Shown here piece after piece: positions 1 through 8,665 of a stretch of 64,000 bases of DNA. Both the position numbers and the translations under genes were made by a program. The notes under the pieces were generated by a model that saw only the letters and a list, made by a program, of their open reading frames with translations, searched no databases and had not been told where the DNA came from. The stretch lies in contig OZ242029.1 in NCBI GenBank assembly GCA_965205015.1, forward strand, positions 3,232,001 to 3,296,000, in the 5' to 3' direction. The stretch is from Candidatus Poribacteria bacterium (GTDB lineage Bacteria > Poribacteria > WGA-4E > WGA-3G). How positions within the stretch are numbered: position 1 is the stretch's first letter; each line of letters opens with the position of its first letter.

Positions 1-137
1 TGTGTATTCTTGAGCGAAACTCGTTGATAGACAGACAGTTGAAAATATGAGAAAGATGAAAAAAATCGAAAACATCTTCGTTTTCATAATTTCCTCTTTT
101 TCTAATGTATAAGTCATTCCAATTCTGACAAGTTTTT

Positions 138-1307
138 TTAGAATGCCGCCTCAAACAAAGCCACCATATCCGTCTCTGTACACACCCTCGGGTTGAACTT
201 GTGGCAATGATCAAGCATTGCATCCGCCCCGAGTTTCGGAATTTTTTCTCGGTCCAAACCGGCATCCCCGAGTCCTGTGGGCATATTCAACTCCGTGTTG
301 TATGCCCTGATTTTGTCAATGGCAGCATGCCCGGCTTCGTCAATATCCATATTACTTGTGTCTATACCTAAGGCACACGCGATTTCCGCGTATTTTTCAT
401 TCGCATGCGAAAAGTTAAACGCCATGACAGGAGGGAGGAGAATGGCGTTGGCGACGCCGTGGGGGATAGGGGCATCTGTAGAGAGTTGATGTGCCAGCGA
501 ATGGACTGCGCCGAGCCCCTTCTGGAACGAAAATGCTGCCATACAGGATCCGAGAAGCATTTCACCGCGTGCGGTTACATCTTCACCCTTGTGATAGACC
601 TGTTGGATGTTCGCGCTCAACATTCTGAGTGCCTGTAATGCGACACCCTCGGCAATAGGGTGGTATCTCGTGGCTACATACGCCTCGATACCGTGTGTAA
701 TGGCATCCATACCTGTCGCGGCAGTAAGCGCAGGTGGCATGCCAAGGGTTATGCCCGGATCAAGGAGCGCGATGTTCGACATGTTGAAGGGTGTAACGAT
801 TGCACGCTTCCGCCATCGATCGGTTGTTTGTAGCGACGTATCCGTAATAATGGATCCTTGTGACACCTCACTGCCTGTGCCAGCAGTCGTCGGTACGCAT
901 ATGAGCGGTGGCATATCGCCTCGGATACGCTCGACACCTCCAACATCAGCGTAATAGGGTTCGAGAGGGGGTTCATGGGTCGTCAAGAGACGAATGGCTT
1001 TGGCGGCATCCATCACACTTCCGCCGCCGACAGCGATGACGACATCGCACGCCTCAGCTTTGTAGACTTCTACGCCCTTTGTAACACTGATGTCTGTCGG
1101 ATTCGGTTCGATATCCGAATACATAGCGTACGGCAAGCCGCTTGCCTCCAGAGCATCTATCGCTTTTGCGAGGATACCGGCGTTGATGACACCCGCGTCG
1201 CTCACTAAGAACGGTTTTTTGCCATCAAACGCCTTGACGTGTTTGCCTAAGTTTTGGATGGCACCGTCACCGAATTCAATTCGCGGCGGTAAAAAATAGT
1301 TTAGCAT
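138..1307 (-). CDS. Iron-containing alcohol dehydrogenase
   Basis: GGGSVMDAAK, PTTAGTGSE and GMDAITHGIE motifs, plus metal-binding His residues (HSLAH...HG). Confidence 0.92.
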   Translation of the reverse strand: MLNYFLPPRIEFGDGAIQNLGKHVKAFDGKKPFLVSDAGVINAGILAKAIDALEASGLPYAMYSDIEPNPTDISVTKGVEVYKAEACDVVIAVGGGSVMDAAKAIRLLTTHEPPLEPYYADVGGVERIRGDMPPLICVPTTAGTGSEVSQGSIITDTSLQTTDRWRKRAIVTPFNMSNIALLDPGITLGMPPALTAATGMDAITHGIEAYVATRYHPIAEGVALQALRMLSANIQQVYHKGEDVTARGEMLLGSCMAAFSFQKGLGAVHSLAHQLSTDAPIPHGVANAILLPPVMAFNFSHANEKYAEIACALGIDTSNMDIDEAGHAAIDKIRAYNTELNMPTGLGDAGLDREKIPKLGADAMLDHCHKFNPRVCTETDMVALFEAAF

Positions 1308-1460
1308 TTTTTGATTATACCTTGCGGAGGAACGACGGTCCTTGAGACTCTTGAGTGCGTCTCTTAAATCCGCCTGCGTGTTTTTGCAATGTAATACAAG
1401 GAATGGATTTAGTCTATTCCCAGACTAAATCCGGTATTTCTGCGTATTGTTGCAGGCTAA
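1308..1460. repeat. Intergenic repeat element whose end (CCGCAAGGTATAATCAAAAA, minus strand) abuts the ADH start codon
   Basis: The same terminal motif recurs at about 10304-10326 and 39596-39622; internal hairpin GGATTTAGTC...GACTAAATCC. Confidence 0.55.
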
Positions 1461-1522
1461 CGGTTCTGGTTTTATGAATTCAAAGATCTATTATAGAAAC
1501 CTAAAGGAAATTTTGATAAAGC

Positions 1523-1550
1523 GAACGCGAGGCTTTGATGCCTCGCGTTC
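1523..1550 (-). terminator. Probable intrinsic terminator hairpin downstream of the 1573..2295 gene
   Basis: Inverted repeat GAACGCGAGGC-TTTGAT-GCCTCGCGTTC. Confidence 0.55.
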
Positions 1551-1572
1551 TAATTCATAATGGCGTTTGAAA

Positions 1573-2295
1573 CTACTTCACGGATTTAAGATGTGCCCAC
1601 GTTGTTGCGAGTTTGCTCTTCGCATCAACCGGTAACGAGGGACCATCAGGTCCGTAAACCACAACATCGTCATACTTCGCAACGGTGCTCCACGTTGCTA
1701 AGCCGATGCGTCCGACACCGTTTTCGGTATCGTCGTCGACGGTTGCGACTTCTTCATCGTTGAGGATGACGGTGTAACTATCGGGTGTATTGACAATCTT
1801 GATGTTATACCAATCCTTCTCATCGATGGTATGAGCACTATTGGCACCGGCTTTGCCACCCCATGATTCGACCTGTGAGCGTGAGTTTCCCCATCCGCCG
1901 AGGTTCCACCAGTATTCCAACGAAGGCTTAAGTTTCTCCATACGTGGCGGATGATCCTCAAGTGCCTGTCCGCGGGCTTGCATCAGACCTTGGCATCGGA
2001 ACATAATCAGGAACCCTTCGGCACCACTGGTTTTACTCCCGCGGACCTCAAAGGTGTAATCGTTCCAATCGTCCTCCCAGAATTCATCAGCGACGACACT
2101 CATACAGTTAGGGGAATTTTGGAGCTGATGGTATTCATCGTCCTTGAGTTCCCATTCCCCGAAGAGGGCGACCCATTTGTTTTCGGATTCTTTCGGGTCA
2201 TCGAAATTATCCTCAAAATAGGTTTGCGACATCGCAGGTGCAGCAATGCCGAGTGTGATTATACAGATAGCGATGAACAGGTTACGGCTGTTCAT
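1573..2295 (-). CDS. Secreted DUF1080/LamG-like beta-sandwich protein with C-terminal VDAKSKLATTWAHLK tail
   Basis: Signal peptide (…AMS/Q), Trp/Asp-rich beta-type sequence with GRIGL motif, RBS AAGGAG. Confidence 0.7.
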   Translation of the reverse strand: MNSRNLFIAICIITLGIAAPAMSQTYFEDNFDDPKESENKWVALFGEWELKDDEYHQLQNSPNCMSVVADEFWEDDWNDYTFEVRGSKTSGAEGFLIMFRCQGLMQARGQALEDHPPRMEKLKPSLEYWWNLGGWGNSRSQVESWGGKAGANSAHTIDEKDWYNIKIVNTPDSYTVILNDEEVATVDDDTENGVGRIGLATWSTVAKYDDVVVYGPDGPSLPVDAKSKLATTWAHLKSVK

Positions 2296-2325
2296 AATAG
2301 TATTCTCCTTTTAGTTGTATTTCGT

Positions 2326-2383
2326 GTAGCATAGGCTGTTAGCCTGTGCCTTTTCTTTCGTAGCATAGCCTGTTAGGCTGTGC
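2326..2383 (+). repeat. Two GTAG-type REP elements (GTAG-CATAGGC-TGTTA-GCCTGTGC)
   Basis: GTAG tetranucleotide plus imperfect palindrome at 2326-2349 and 2360-2383; reverse-complement copies at 3746-3853, 4494-4517 and 34620-34643. Confidence 0.8.
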
Positions 2384-2438
2384 ATATATAACCCGTTAGC
2401 TTATGATTTTCCCATTCTGCCTACTTTCAACCTCAATA

Positions 2439-3287
2439 TTACCCAACGTCTTCAAGAAAATAATCAGAATCGACTCGCTTGATTTCATAAGTTTTCACTG
2501 TAGAAACTCCGACGTTGTGATCAATCATCAACTGGGCAAGTCGTTTTCCATCAATAAGAATAATTTTGAAACCTGCAGCATCGTACGCTCTAGCATCTGC
2601 CGTGAAATCCGATGTTGTGATAAAAATTCCCCTATTAGCCCCTTTTCCTGCTAATGCCCCTGCAAAACGAGCAATTTCTGGTGAACTCACTTTGCCTTTC
2701 CACCGTTTCGCCTGGACATAGACTACATCAAGCCCGAGCCTATCTTGATTAATAATACCGTCAATCCCACCATCACGACTACGTCCCACGGCTTCCGCAT
2801 CTTCTCTGGAACCACCATATCCCATTTTAACCAGAAGATCAATAACGAGATTTTCAAAAAAAGCAGGGGAATTCGCTTTAATTTCCTGAAGTAAGTCATC
2901 AGCTACTTTTTCTCTAATCTGTTGGTAAATATCTTCAATATCTCTATCAGTAGGGGGTCGCCTGCTCCCAGAGAGGACGTAAGGTTTTCTTTTACCCTCC
3001 GGTTGTTCTAATTTTCCCTCCTTTAAAAGTGCGTTAAAGGCAGTGCCGACTATCTCATAATGAAAAAATCCAAGATACCGCTTCCCTCTCTTTGTTTGTG
3101 CCTCTATTTCTTCATCGGACAGCGCAAATTTTTCCGCAAGTTTTTCCGTTGCTTCTTTTATGGTGATTCCGTGGGCTGGATAATCCAGTTTAAGAATTTC
3201 CTGTTTGACCACTTCAGAAGTTGGTAGTTCTATTTCATATTTTTCTCCTGTGGTTGGATCGACCGCTATTTTTGTTTCTGTGCTCAT
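2439..3287 (-). CDS. mrr: Mrr-family (type IV) restriction endonuclease
   Basis: FFENLVIDLLVKMGYGGS, DGGIDGIINQDRLGLD.VYVQAKRW and GIFITTSDFT motifs of Mrr_cat; helical N-terminal domain. Confidence 0.9.
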   Translation of the reverse strand: MSTETKIAVDPTTGEKYEIELPTSEVVKQEILKLDYPAHGITIKEATEKLAEKFALSDEEIEAQTKRGKRYLGFFHYEIVGTAFNALLKEGKLEQPEGKRKPYVLSGSRRPPTDRDIEDIYQQIREKVADDLLQEIKANSPAFFENLVIDLLVKMGYGGSREDAEAVGRSRDGGIDGIINQDRLGLDVVYVQAKRWKGKVSSPEIARFAGALAGKGANRGIFITTSDFTADARAYDAAGFKIILIDGKRLAQLMIDHNVGVSTVKTYEIKRVDSDYFLEDVG

Positions 3288-3380
3288 GAGCCATTTCTTT
3301 CTTGGTAAAACGTGGGTTAAACATAAAGCAGCACAACGCTGGGCAAGAAGCCACCTACAAAAGTCTAATCCGCTTACCTT

Positions 3381-3677
3381 TCACCGCTGTTGGTATTCGC
3401 TTTCAAGGTAAACGCCTTCGTCTTTCTCATCAAATATCAACGTGATTGGGTCGACAGGCTTGCCTTCAATGAGGTCCAATTGCCAATCGGCTATAGCGTC
3501 GGTACACAAATATTCCGTTTCGTTCTCGTGGATTTCTATAATTCTAAAGCTAACGATTGGATCAACGTAACCGTAGCGATGCAATGCATGTGCAATCGCA
3601 CACTCAAAGGGCTCCTCAGGGTCGCATGACGCGATATCTTGCGGCTCAACCTTTATTGTACCTAATTTGATTTCCAT
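3381..3677 (-). CDS. Small acidic hypothetical protein (C-x7-CAIAHAL)
   Basis: 98-aa ORF with ATG and a purine-rich upstream region, co-oriented with mrr. Confidence 0.55.
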   Translation of the reverse strand: MEIKLGTIKVEPQDIASCDPEEPFECAIAHALHRYGYVDPIVSFRIIEIHENETEYLCTDAIADWQLDLIEGKPVDPITLIFDEKDEGVYLESEYQQR

Positions 3678-3745
3678 TTCAATTCTCTTTCTTCAGAAAA
3701 ATATGTACGTTCAGCTTACACAATATCGGGTATAAGAGACATAAT

Positions 3746-3853
3746 CTAACAGCCTATGCTACGACAGGTTCTGCGCTAAGTTGCACAGGCTAACAGCCTA
3801 TGCTACGACAGGTTCTGCGCTAAGTTGCACAGGCTAACGGTTTCCTATGCTAC
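3746..3853 (-). repeat. Tandem 44-bp REP-containing repeat (about 2.5 copies)
   Basis: CTAACAGCCTATGCTACGACAGGTTCTGCGCTAAGTTGCACAGG starts at 3746 and 3790, with a degenerate third copy at 3834. Confidence 0.85.
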
Positions 3854-4049
3854 ATCGGCAATAACTCCACTGCCATTTTTCCCATGTATCTACTAAACCT
3901 GCTTTTACGGGATTATTGAGAACATAGGTGACAATCCGTTGCCATTCGTTTGCCTCCGGAACAATGGGATCATAACTTTCGCGCTGCCAGAATGCCCCCG
4001 TCCGTCCTAATAGACAATTAGCTTTGCGAGCCGTATCCCCTTTAATAGT
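3853..4049 (-). pseudogene. C-terminal remnant of a REP-associated tyrosine transposase (RAYT/TnpA-REP, IS200-like Y1)
   Basis: Manual translation of a frame missing from the ORF track: TIKGDTARKANCLLGRTGAFWQRESYDPIVPEANEWQRIVTYVLNNPVKAGLVDTWEKWQWSY. FWQ..YD and Y..NNPVKAGL..W.WS are RAYT hallmarks; the HUH N-terminus is absent. Confidence 0.8.
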
Positions 4050-4290
4050 GACTACCAGAGCCGTTTAAAAATCCCTCAATATTTTTACCAATGGTCGGTG
4101 GTGGGAGTACTTCGTTGTCGCGATGAAAGATTTCTATCCATTCATCAACAATTTCACATAACTGTTGATACACCTTAATTTCATCAGTTCCATGGCAACA
4201 TGGACCGATAATTCCGGGACAATATCCGATAAAATATTGACCTTCAGCCGACCATTCAACGATCTTGATGTACTTCGCACTGTCGTTCAT
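4042..4290 (-). CDS. hicB: HicB-family antitoxin
   Basis: Y.KIVEWS.E..YFIG.CPG...CCHG.....V...L..IVDEWIE.......LPPP pattern; overlaps the HicA stop. Confidence 0.8.
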   Translation of the reverse strand: MNDSAKYIKIVEWSAEGQYFIGYCPGIIGPCCHGTDEIKVYQQLCEIVDEWIEIFHRDNEVLPPPTIGKNIEGFLNGSGSHY

Positions 4291-4481
4291 TTTTGACTCT
4301 CCTCAATGCTTCTTTTCACATTTCTTTCTTGATAAGGTTCAGCATCATCGCCGAGTTTTCCAGAAATAGTAACCCGTGGACCTTTCGGATGTCTGAAATT
4401 TCGATGGCTACCTTTTCCGCCAGTGTTAATAAAACCGGCTTTTCTCAAATCAGCGATGAGTTGTCGTATTTTCCTGGGCAT
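4287..4481 (-). CDS. hicA: HicA-family mRNA interferase toxin
   Basis: 64 aa with GGKGSHRNFRHP motif. Confidence 0.88.
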   Translation of the reverse strand: MPRKIRQLIADLRKAGFINTGGKGSHRNFRHPKGPRVTISGKLGDDAEPYQERNVKRSIEESQK

Positions 4482-4493
4482 AGCATATCATAT

Positions 4494-4517
4494 GCACAGG
4501 CTAACAGCCTATGCTAC
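4494..4517 (-). repeat. GTAG-type REP element
   Basis: GCACAGGCTAACAGCCTATGCTAC, the exact reverse complement of 2326-2349. Confidence 0.8.
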
Positions 4518-4534
4518 AATGGGTTGTCAACGGT

Positions 4535-6238
4535 TTAATGGTTCAGCGAGAACTCAGCTGAATTGAGTAACACCCAATAGAGGTCTTCGTAAGCCAAGTC
4601 CTTCTTTCGATACAGACTCCGCTCTAAATAGCGTCTAAAATATGTTTTTTCTTTAGACGTTGGCAACCGAGAAAGGACATTAAGATAGATATGTTCCATC
4701 CGTTCCGCCGGTTCGCGCCATTTTTCAAGCACGTAATTTACAAAACTACCGCGTTCTTCATGACTCGTGCTATCGTTCACCATATTCCCATTAATCATCA
4801 TGAGTGCTTGTGGGATGGTTCCATTGAATGCCTCGATCTCTTCCATCTCACCGTTATCAAGGAGAAAGAGAAATTTTTTGAGATGCTCGCGTTTCATGCG
4901 CTCAAGTTGACGTAGCATGTTCTTCCTGTCTTCGCCACCTTGCTTCTTGCTACCTTCCATTCTGACTTGCTGAAGTCTTTCAAAATCCGTGGCTTGCAGT
5001 AGGGAATAGAAGAACTGCTCAGCACTGAGGGGTTTCAGGTATGCATGGGAGTAATAGCGTTGATCGTTTTTGTTACTCTCATTGGTTTGCGAGGTGCGTT
5101 GATACGTCTCTGAATTCAGGAGTGTTCGCATCAAGTGTTGTAAGTCATATCCGTGAATGACGAAATCGTTTGCGAGCCACTTCAAGAGTTCAGGGTTGGT
5201 GGGTGGGTTCTCTTCTCCGAACCCATCAACCGGCTCGACGAAAGCGTGCCCCATAAAGTGTTTCCAGATACGATTCACGAGTGCTTGACTAAAATAGGGG
5301 TTTGATTTATCCGTCATCCACTGTGCGAGTGCTTCTCGCTTTTTAAGGAGTGAGCCTTTGTATTCTGTGCCCCCTAAGAAGTGTGGACGGACTTGCGCTT
5401 TGAGCCTGTCTACCCAAATCTCCCCTTGCGGTTTGTTAGTAATAAGAAAATTATCCATTCTTCTCTCATTACCTACCATATCCGTTGTCTGGATGTCTCC
5501 CTGCCGCTGCCTCTCGATACCGGTAAAGAAGGCTGCAATACCGTAGAAATCTTCTTGGCTCCACACTTCTGTTTTATGATCGTGGCACTCGGCACACTGC
5601 ATCGGAAGCCCTAAGAACAAACGCGAGGCATGTGAGGTGAGGACGGTTGGTGAACGCCTGTAACGCAGGATATAGTTTCCTGCGCCGTTGTCCCGTAACT
5701 CACCATCAGCCGCGACGAGTTTCTGAACGAACTGATTGTACGGTGTATTCGTTGCCAAGGCATCCCGCACCCAATACGTTAACCCGATGCGTCGATCATC
5801 GCTATCTTCACGCCTACCAATTAACCAGTTTACCCATAACCCGGTCCAATAGTCAAGATAGGCATCGCTCGCTAATAACTCCCGGATCTTTCTTTGACGT
5901 TTGCCTGAAGAACCGTCCTTGAGAAAATCCAAGACCTCTTCAGGCGTTGGGATTTTTCCTGTCAGATCGAGATGAATCCGGCGCAGAAACTCGGCATCTT
6001 CCGACATCTTTGAAGGCTGAATCCCTTCCCTTTTAAGCACAGCGTTGATGTGACGATCGAGGTGTTTCGTGCTTGATGAAACCTGCTGTGTCGGTGCAAC
6101 CGTAGTCTTGGTGCAGCTGAGCATCAAACAGGTGAAAGCGAATAGAAAAAGTGAGGAGATGCCAAGGGAAGTTTTCACGATAGATGGACCTCCGAACCTC
6201 AGGTTTAATTCGGTTCGACCGTCGCGCTTGCGAAACAT
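4535..6238 (-). CDS. DUF1549/DUF1553 (Planctomycete PSD1/PSCyt2-like) protein, possible lipoprotein
   Basis: FLRRIHLDLTGKIPT, QCAECHDHK (CxxCH), NPYFSQALVNRIWKHFMG and LYWVLLNSAEF motifs. Confidence 0.88.
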   Translation of the reverse strand: MFRKRDGRTELNLRFGGPSIVKTSLGISSLFLFAFTCLMLSCTKTTVAPTQQVSSSTKHLDRHINAVLKREGIQPSKMSEDAEFLRRIHLDLTGKIPTPEEVLDFLKDGSSGKRQRKIRELLASDAYLDYWTGLWVNWLIGRREDSDDRRIGLTYWVRDALATNTPYNQFVQKLVAADGELRDNGAGNYILRYRRSPTVLTSHASRLFLGLPMQCAECHDHKTEVWSQEDFYGIAAFFTGIERQRQGDIQTTDMVGNERRMDNFLITNKPQGEIWVDRLKAQVRPHFLGGTEYKGSLLKKREALAQWMTDKSNPYFSQALVNRIWKHFMGHAFVEPVDGFGEENPPTNPELLKWLANDFVIHGYDLQHLMRTLLNSETYQRTSQTNESNKNDQRYYSHAYLKPLSAEQFFYSLLQATDFERLQQVRMEGSKKQGGEDRKNMLRQLERMKREHLKKFLFLLDNGEMEEIEAFNGTIPQALMMINGNMVNDSTSHEERGSFVNYVLEKWREPAERMEHIYLNVLSRLPTSKEKTYFRRYLERSLYRKKDLAYEDLYWVLLNSAEFSLNH

Positions 6239-6377
6239 ACCTACAGAAAATTGATGTACCCGACTTCTAATAATTTAATTTTAACTTATTATTTGCAAGA
6301 CATCAAGGAAGATCGAAGAAACCATGAAATAGCGATTCGGATATTAATCCTACATAAGAATCGCTAAAGAGCGGATA

Positions 6378-7430
6378 TTAAGTCCATCGGACGCCTGTCG
6401 GAATGATGCCTACATCTTCACCGCGGCGCATCGCTTCAGCGGCATCGAGGATACTGGCTAAATCGTGTTGTGGTTCAAAGTCCAATAGCGTTTTGATTTT
6501 GCTTAAATCGAATTCAAAATGGAGGGGTTGTGGGAGTTTCACGTCAACAGAATCCATCTGGTAACGTTCGCATAGGTATGGAATTACCTCCTCATGCTTG
6601 AAGATACCGTTTCCACCGAGCGTGAATTCTTCACCGACAGCGGCGTCCTTTTCGATCCCTAAAACCAACCCTTGCACAATATCCCGTACATCGGTGAAAT
6701 GCTCCTTGTAAGGGTGGCCATCAGGATTCCGTTTGAGTATGAATTTCTCCTGCCCATCCCAGAGGCGTTTGACGGTATCTGCCGTCTCTAATTCGGTAGG
6801 ATCATCGCCTGTATAATTCTTGTATCGATTGTAGATGGGACTAAAGACGAATTGTCTCGGTAAACCATCTTCATTGAGATATTCGCTCGGTTCAATGACG
6901 GTTGTGAAGCGGAAGACTGTGGAAGGCACGCCATACTGATGATGATATGTCATGCACAATTCCTCGCCAATCCATTTGGTAAGGAAATAGGGCATGTGAT
7001 GGTATTTGGCGACCATCTCTTCAGTAATCAGTTTATCGAAAAACCTACCTTTTTCGGTGAGTTCCCAATAAATCGCTTCGGTGCAGGCATAGACGAGTCG
7101 ATGAATGTTCGGATTGAACTCACGGATGCACTCTAAAATATTGAGCGTTCCCATCCCGTTGATTGCCAAATACTGACGATTATCAAACGGACCCCCGAAC
7201 GCTGCGGCGATGTGATAGATAGCATCTACGCCGTCAACGGCTTTTTTGACATCTTCGTATTCCCGTAGGTCGCCGAAGACGGTCTCTACGCGTTCCGTTC
7301 CGTCCCATCGTCCGACGCGATTGACATCTCCAGGATAGACGAAACTCCTGATATCGTGCCCTTTTTCCAGTAACTTTTTGACGAGATTGGAGCCGATACG
7401 ACCTGTGCCGCCCGTGACTAAAATTTTCAT
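6378..7430 (-). CDS. NAD-dependent epimerase/dehydratase (extended SDR)
   Basis: TGGTGRIG Rossmann motif and YxxxK (YFLTK). Confidence 0.88.
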   Translation of the reverse strand: MKILVTGGTGRIGSNLVKKLLEKGHDIRSFVYPGDVNRVGRWDGTERVETVFGDLREYEDVKKAVDGVDAIYHIAAAFGGPFDNRQYLAINGMGTLNILECIREFNPNIHRLVYACTEAIYWELTEKGRFFDKLITEEMVAKYHHMPYFLTKWIGEELCMTYHHQYGVPSTVFRFTTVIEPSEYLNEDGLPRQFVFSPIYNRYKNYTGDDPTELETADTVKRLWDGQEKFILKRNPDGHPYKEHFTDVRDIVQGLVLGIEKDAAVGEEFTLGGNGIFKHEEVIPYLCERYQMDSVDVKLPQPLHFEFDLSKIKTLLDFEPQHDLASILDAAEAMRRGEDVGIIPTGVRWT

Positions 7431-7577
7431 TAATTGCTCTCCTAAAGTCCAACAAGCGTAAAATATACAATTACCTCAACGTTGTGGCGGGGTTACAAAC
7501 CTCGCCAGCGAGGAGGGGGTGGATCTATTTCCTCTAATATCTAATAAGGTCTACACATTTCTATATTCACCCAATAT

Positions 7578-7617
7578 AAAAAGCAGGGCTGCACTCCGGT
7601 GGATGCAGCGCTGCTTT
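7578..7617 (-). terminator. Probable intrinsic terminator
   Basis: AAAAAGCAGGGCTGCA...TGCAGCGCTGCTTT hairpin with a U-tract on the minus strand. Confidence 0.6.
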
Positions 7618-7682
7618 ACAACTATCTTTCCCGAGCCGTGGACGCTGTTCGGTCACTCACAGTTCAACGAAAGAGGTTGTTG

Positions 7683-8531
7683 TTAGGATTTGATCTCTGC
7701 CCACCTAACTGCTAATTTATGTTTTGGTTCTACAGAAAATGCGGTGCTTATGAGTTTTATATTATCTATTGCCCACCACCAATCATTCTGCGCGTCGACG
7801 ACACCGAAACTAATCGTCATTTCAGCGGCACCGGCGGGGTTGTCGATAGGGATTTCTAACGTTTCGTTTATCTGCTCCCCATCATTCATCTTTTCCTCTT
7901 TGAGTTTGAGGGTAGGAATCGTAACAAGGGTATGTGCGCCTGCGTCAATACCGACGCTCTTGAAGAATAGGATTTGTTCTTCTTTATCCGCGTCGAAGCT
8001 TACTATGATCTCACCATTTTGAGTATCTTCAGGACGCCAACTCGAATCCAATGTTAAGACGAGCGACTTTGCTGCCGCGCCTTTGATTTTAATGGGTGGG
8101 GTGATTAAGTGTCCATTCCAACGACTCTGACCGTCAGGGTCGCCATTTCCTTCCCAATCGTCCCACTCATCAGGATCAGAAACGGCACCTTTACCTACGC
8201 CCTTACCGTCATTGTGTACCCCTGTGAACTCACTACGCCGTTGGTCTTCCGCCGTGCGTGTCCACCACTCCAGGTCGACAATCGCCCACGTTCTCCACTC
8301 AGGCATTCCGAGGTCTTTAGGATTTTCGTTTGTGATTTCCCAACCCTCAGGTGGTGTGCCTGACCAAACGTCTTTATCCTTAATCTGTTCCATGATACTT
8401 GCTTCGAGTGTCACGCCTTCAAAATCTTCTTCAAAAAGGACAACCTCACGACTCCAAGTTTGGAGTGCTACAAGACAAAAGGTTAGCGTTAGAATCGCGT
8501 GTGTAACGATCCTTATAGGGGTGGTACTCAT
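7683..8531 (-). CDS. Secreted beta-sandwich protein with C-terminal VEPKHKLAVRWAEIK tail
   Basis: Signal peptide, LFEEDFEG start and WWWAIDNI end typical of LamG/MAM-like folds; RBS GGAGG. Confidence 0.65.
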   Translation of the reverse strand: MSTTPIRIVTHAILTLTFCLVALQTWSREVVLFEEDFEGVTLEASIMEQIKDKDVWSGTPPEGWEITNENPKDLGMPEWRTWAIVDLEWWTRTAEDQRRSEFTGVHNDGKGVGKGAVSDPDEWDDWEGNGDPDGQSRWNGHLITPPIKIKGAAAKSLVLTLDSSWRPEDTQNGEIIVSFDADKEEQILFFKSVGIDAGAHTLVTIPTLKLKEEKMNDGEQINETLEIPIDNPAGAAEMTISFGVVDAQNDWWWAIDNIKLISTAFSVEPKHKLAVRWAEIKS

Positions 8532-8665
8532 AATCAGCCTCCATAGGTTCTAACCCAATAATGATATTGTGGCAGAATATTTGGGTGAACTGCCGTGAAT
8601 ATCGTTAACACGCAAACATCTTTGTTTTATAGTTCAAACCCTGCTTTATAGAAAAAATAGTTCCT

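Noticed and set aside
3746-3853. Possible CRISPR array
   Set aside because: The intervening sequences are identical rather than unique spacers, the units are GTAG-REPs, and there are no cas genes.
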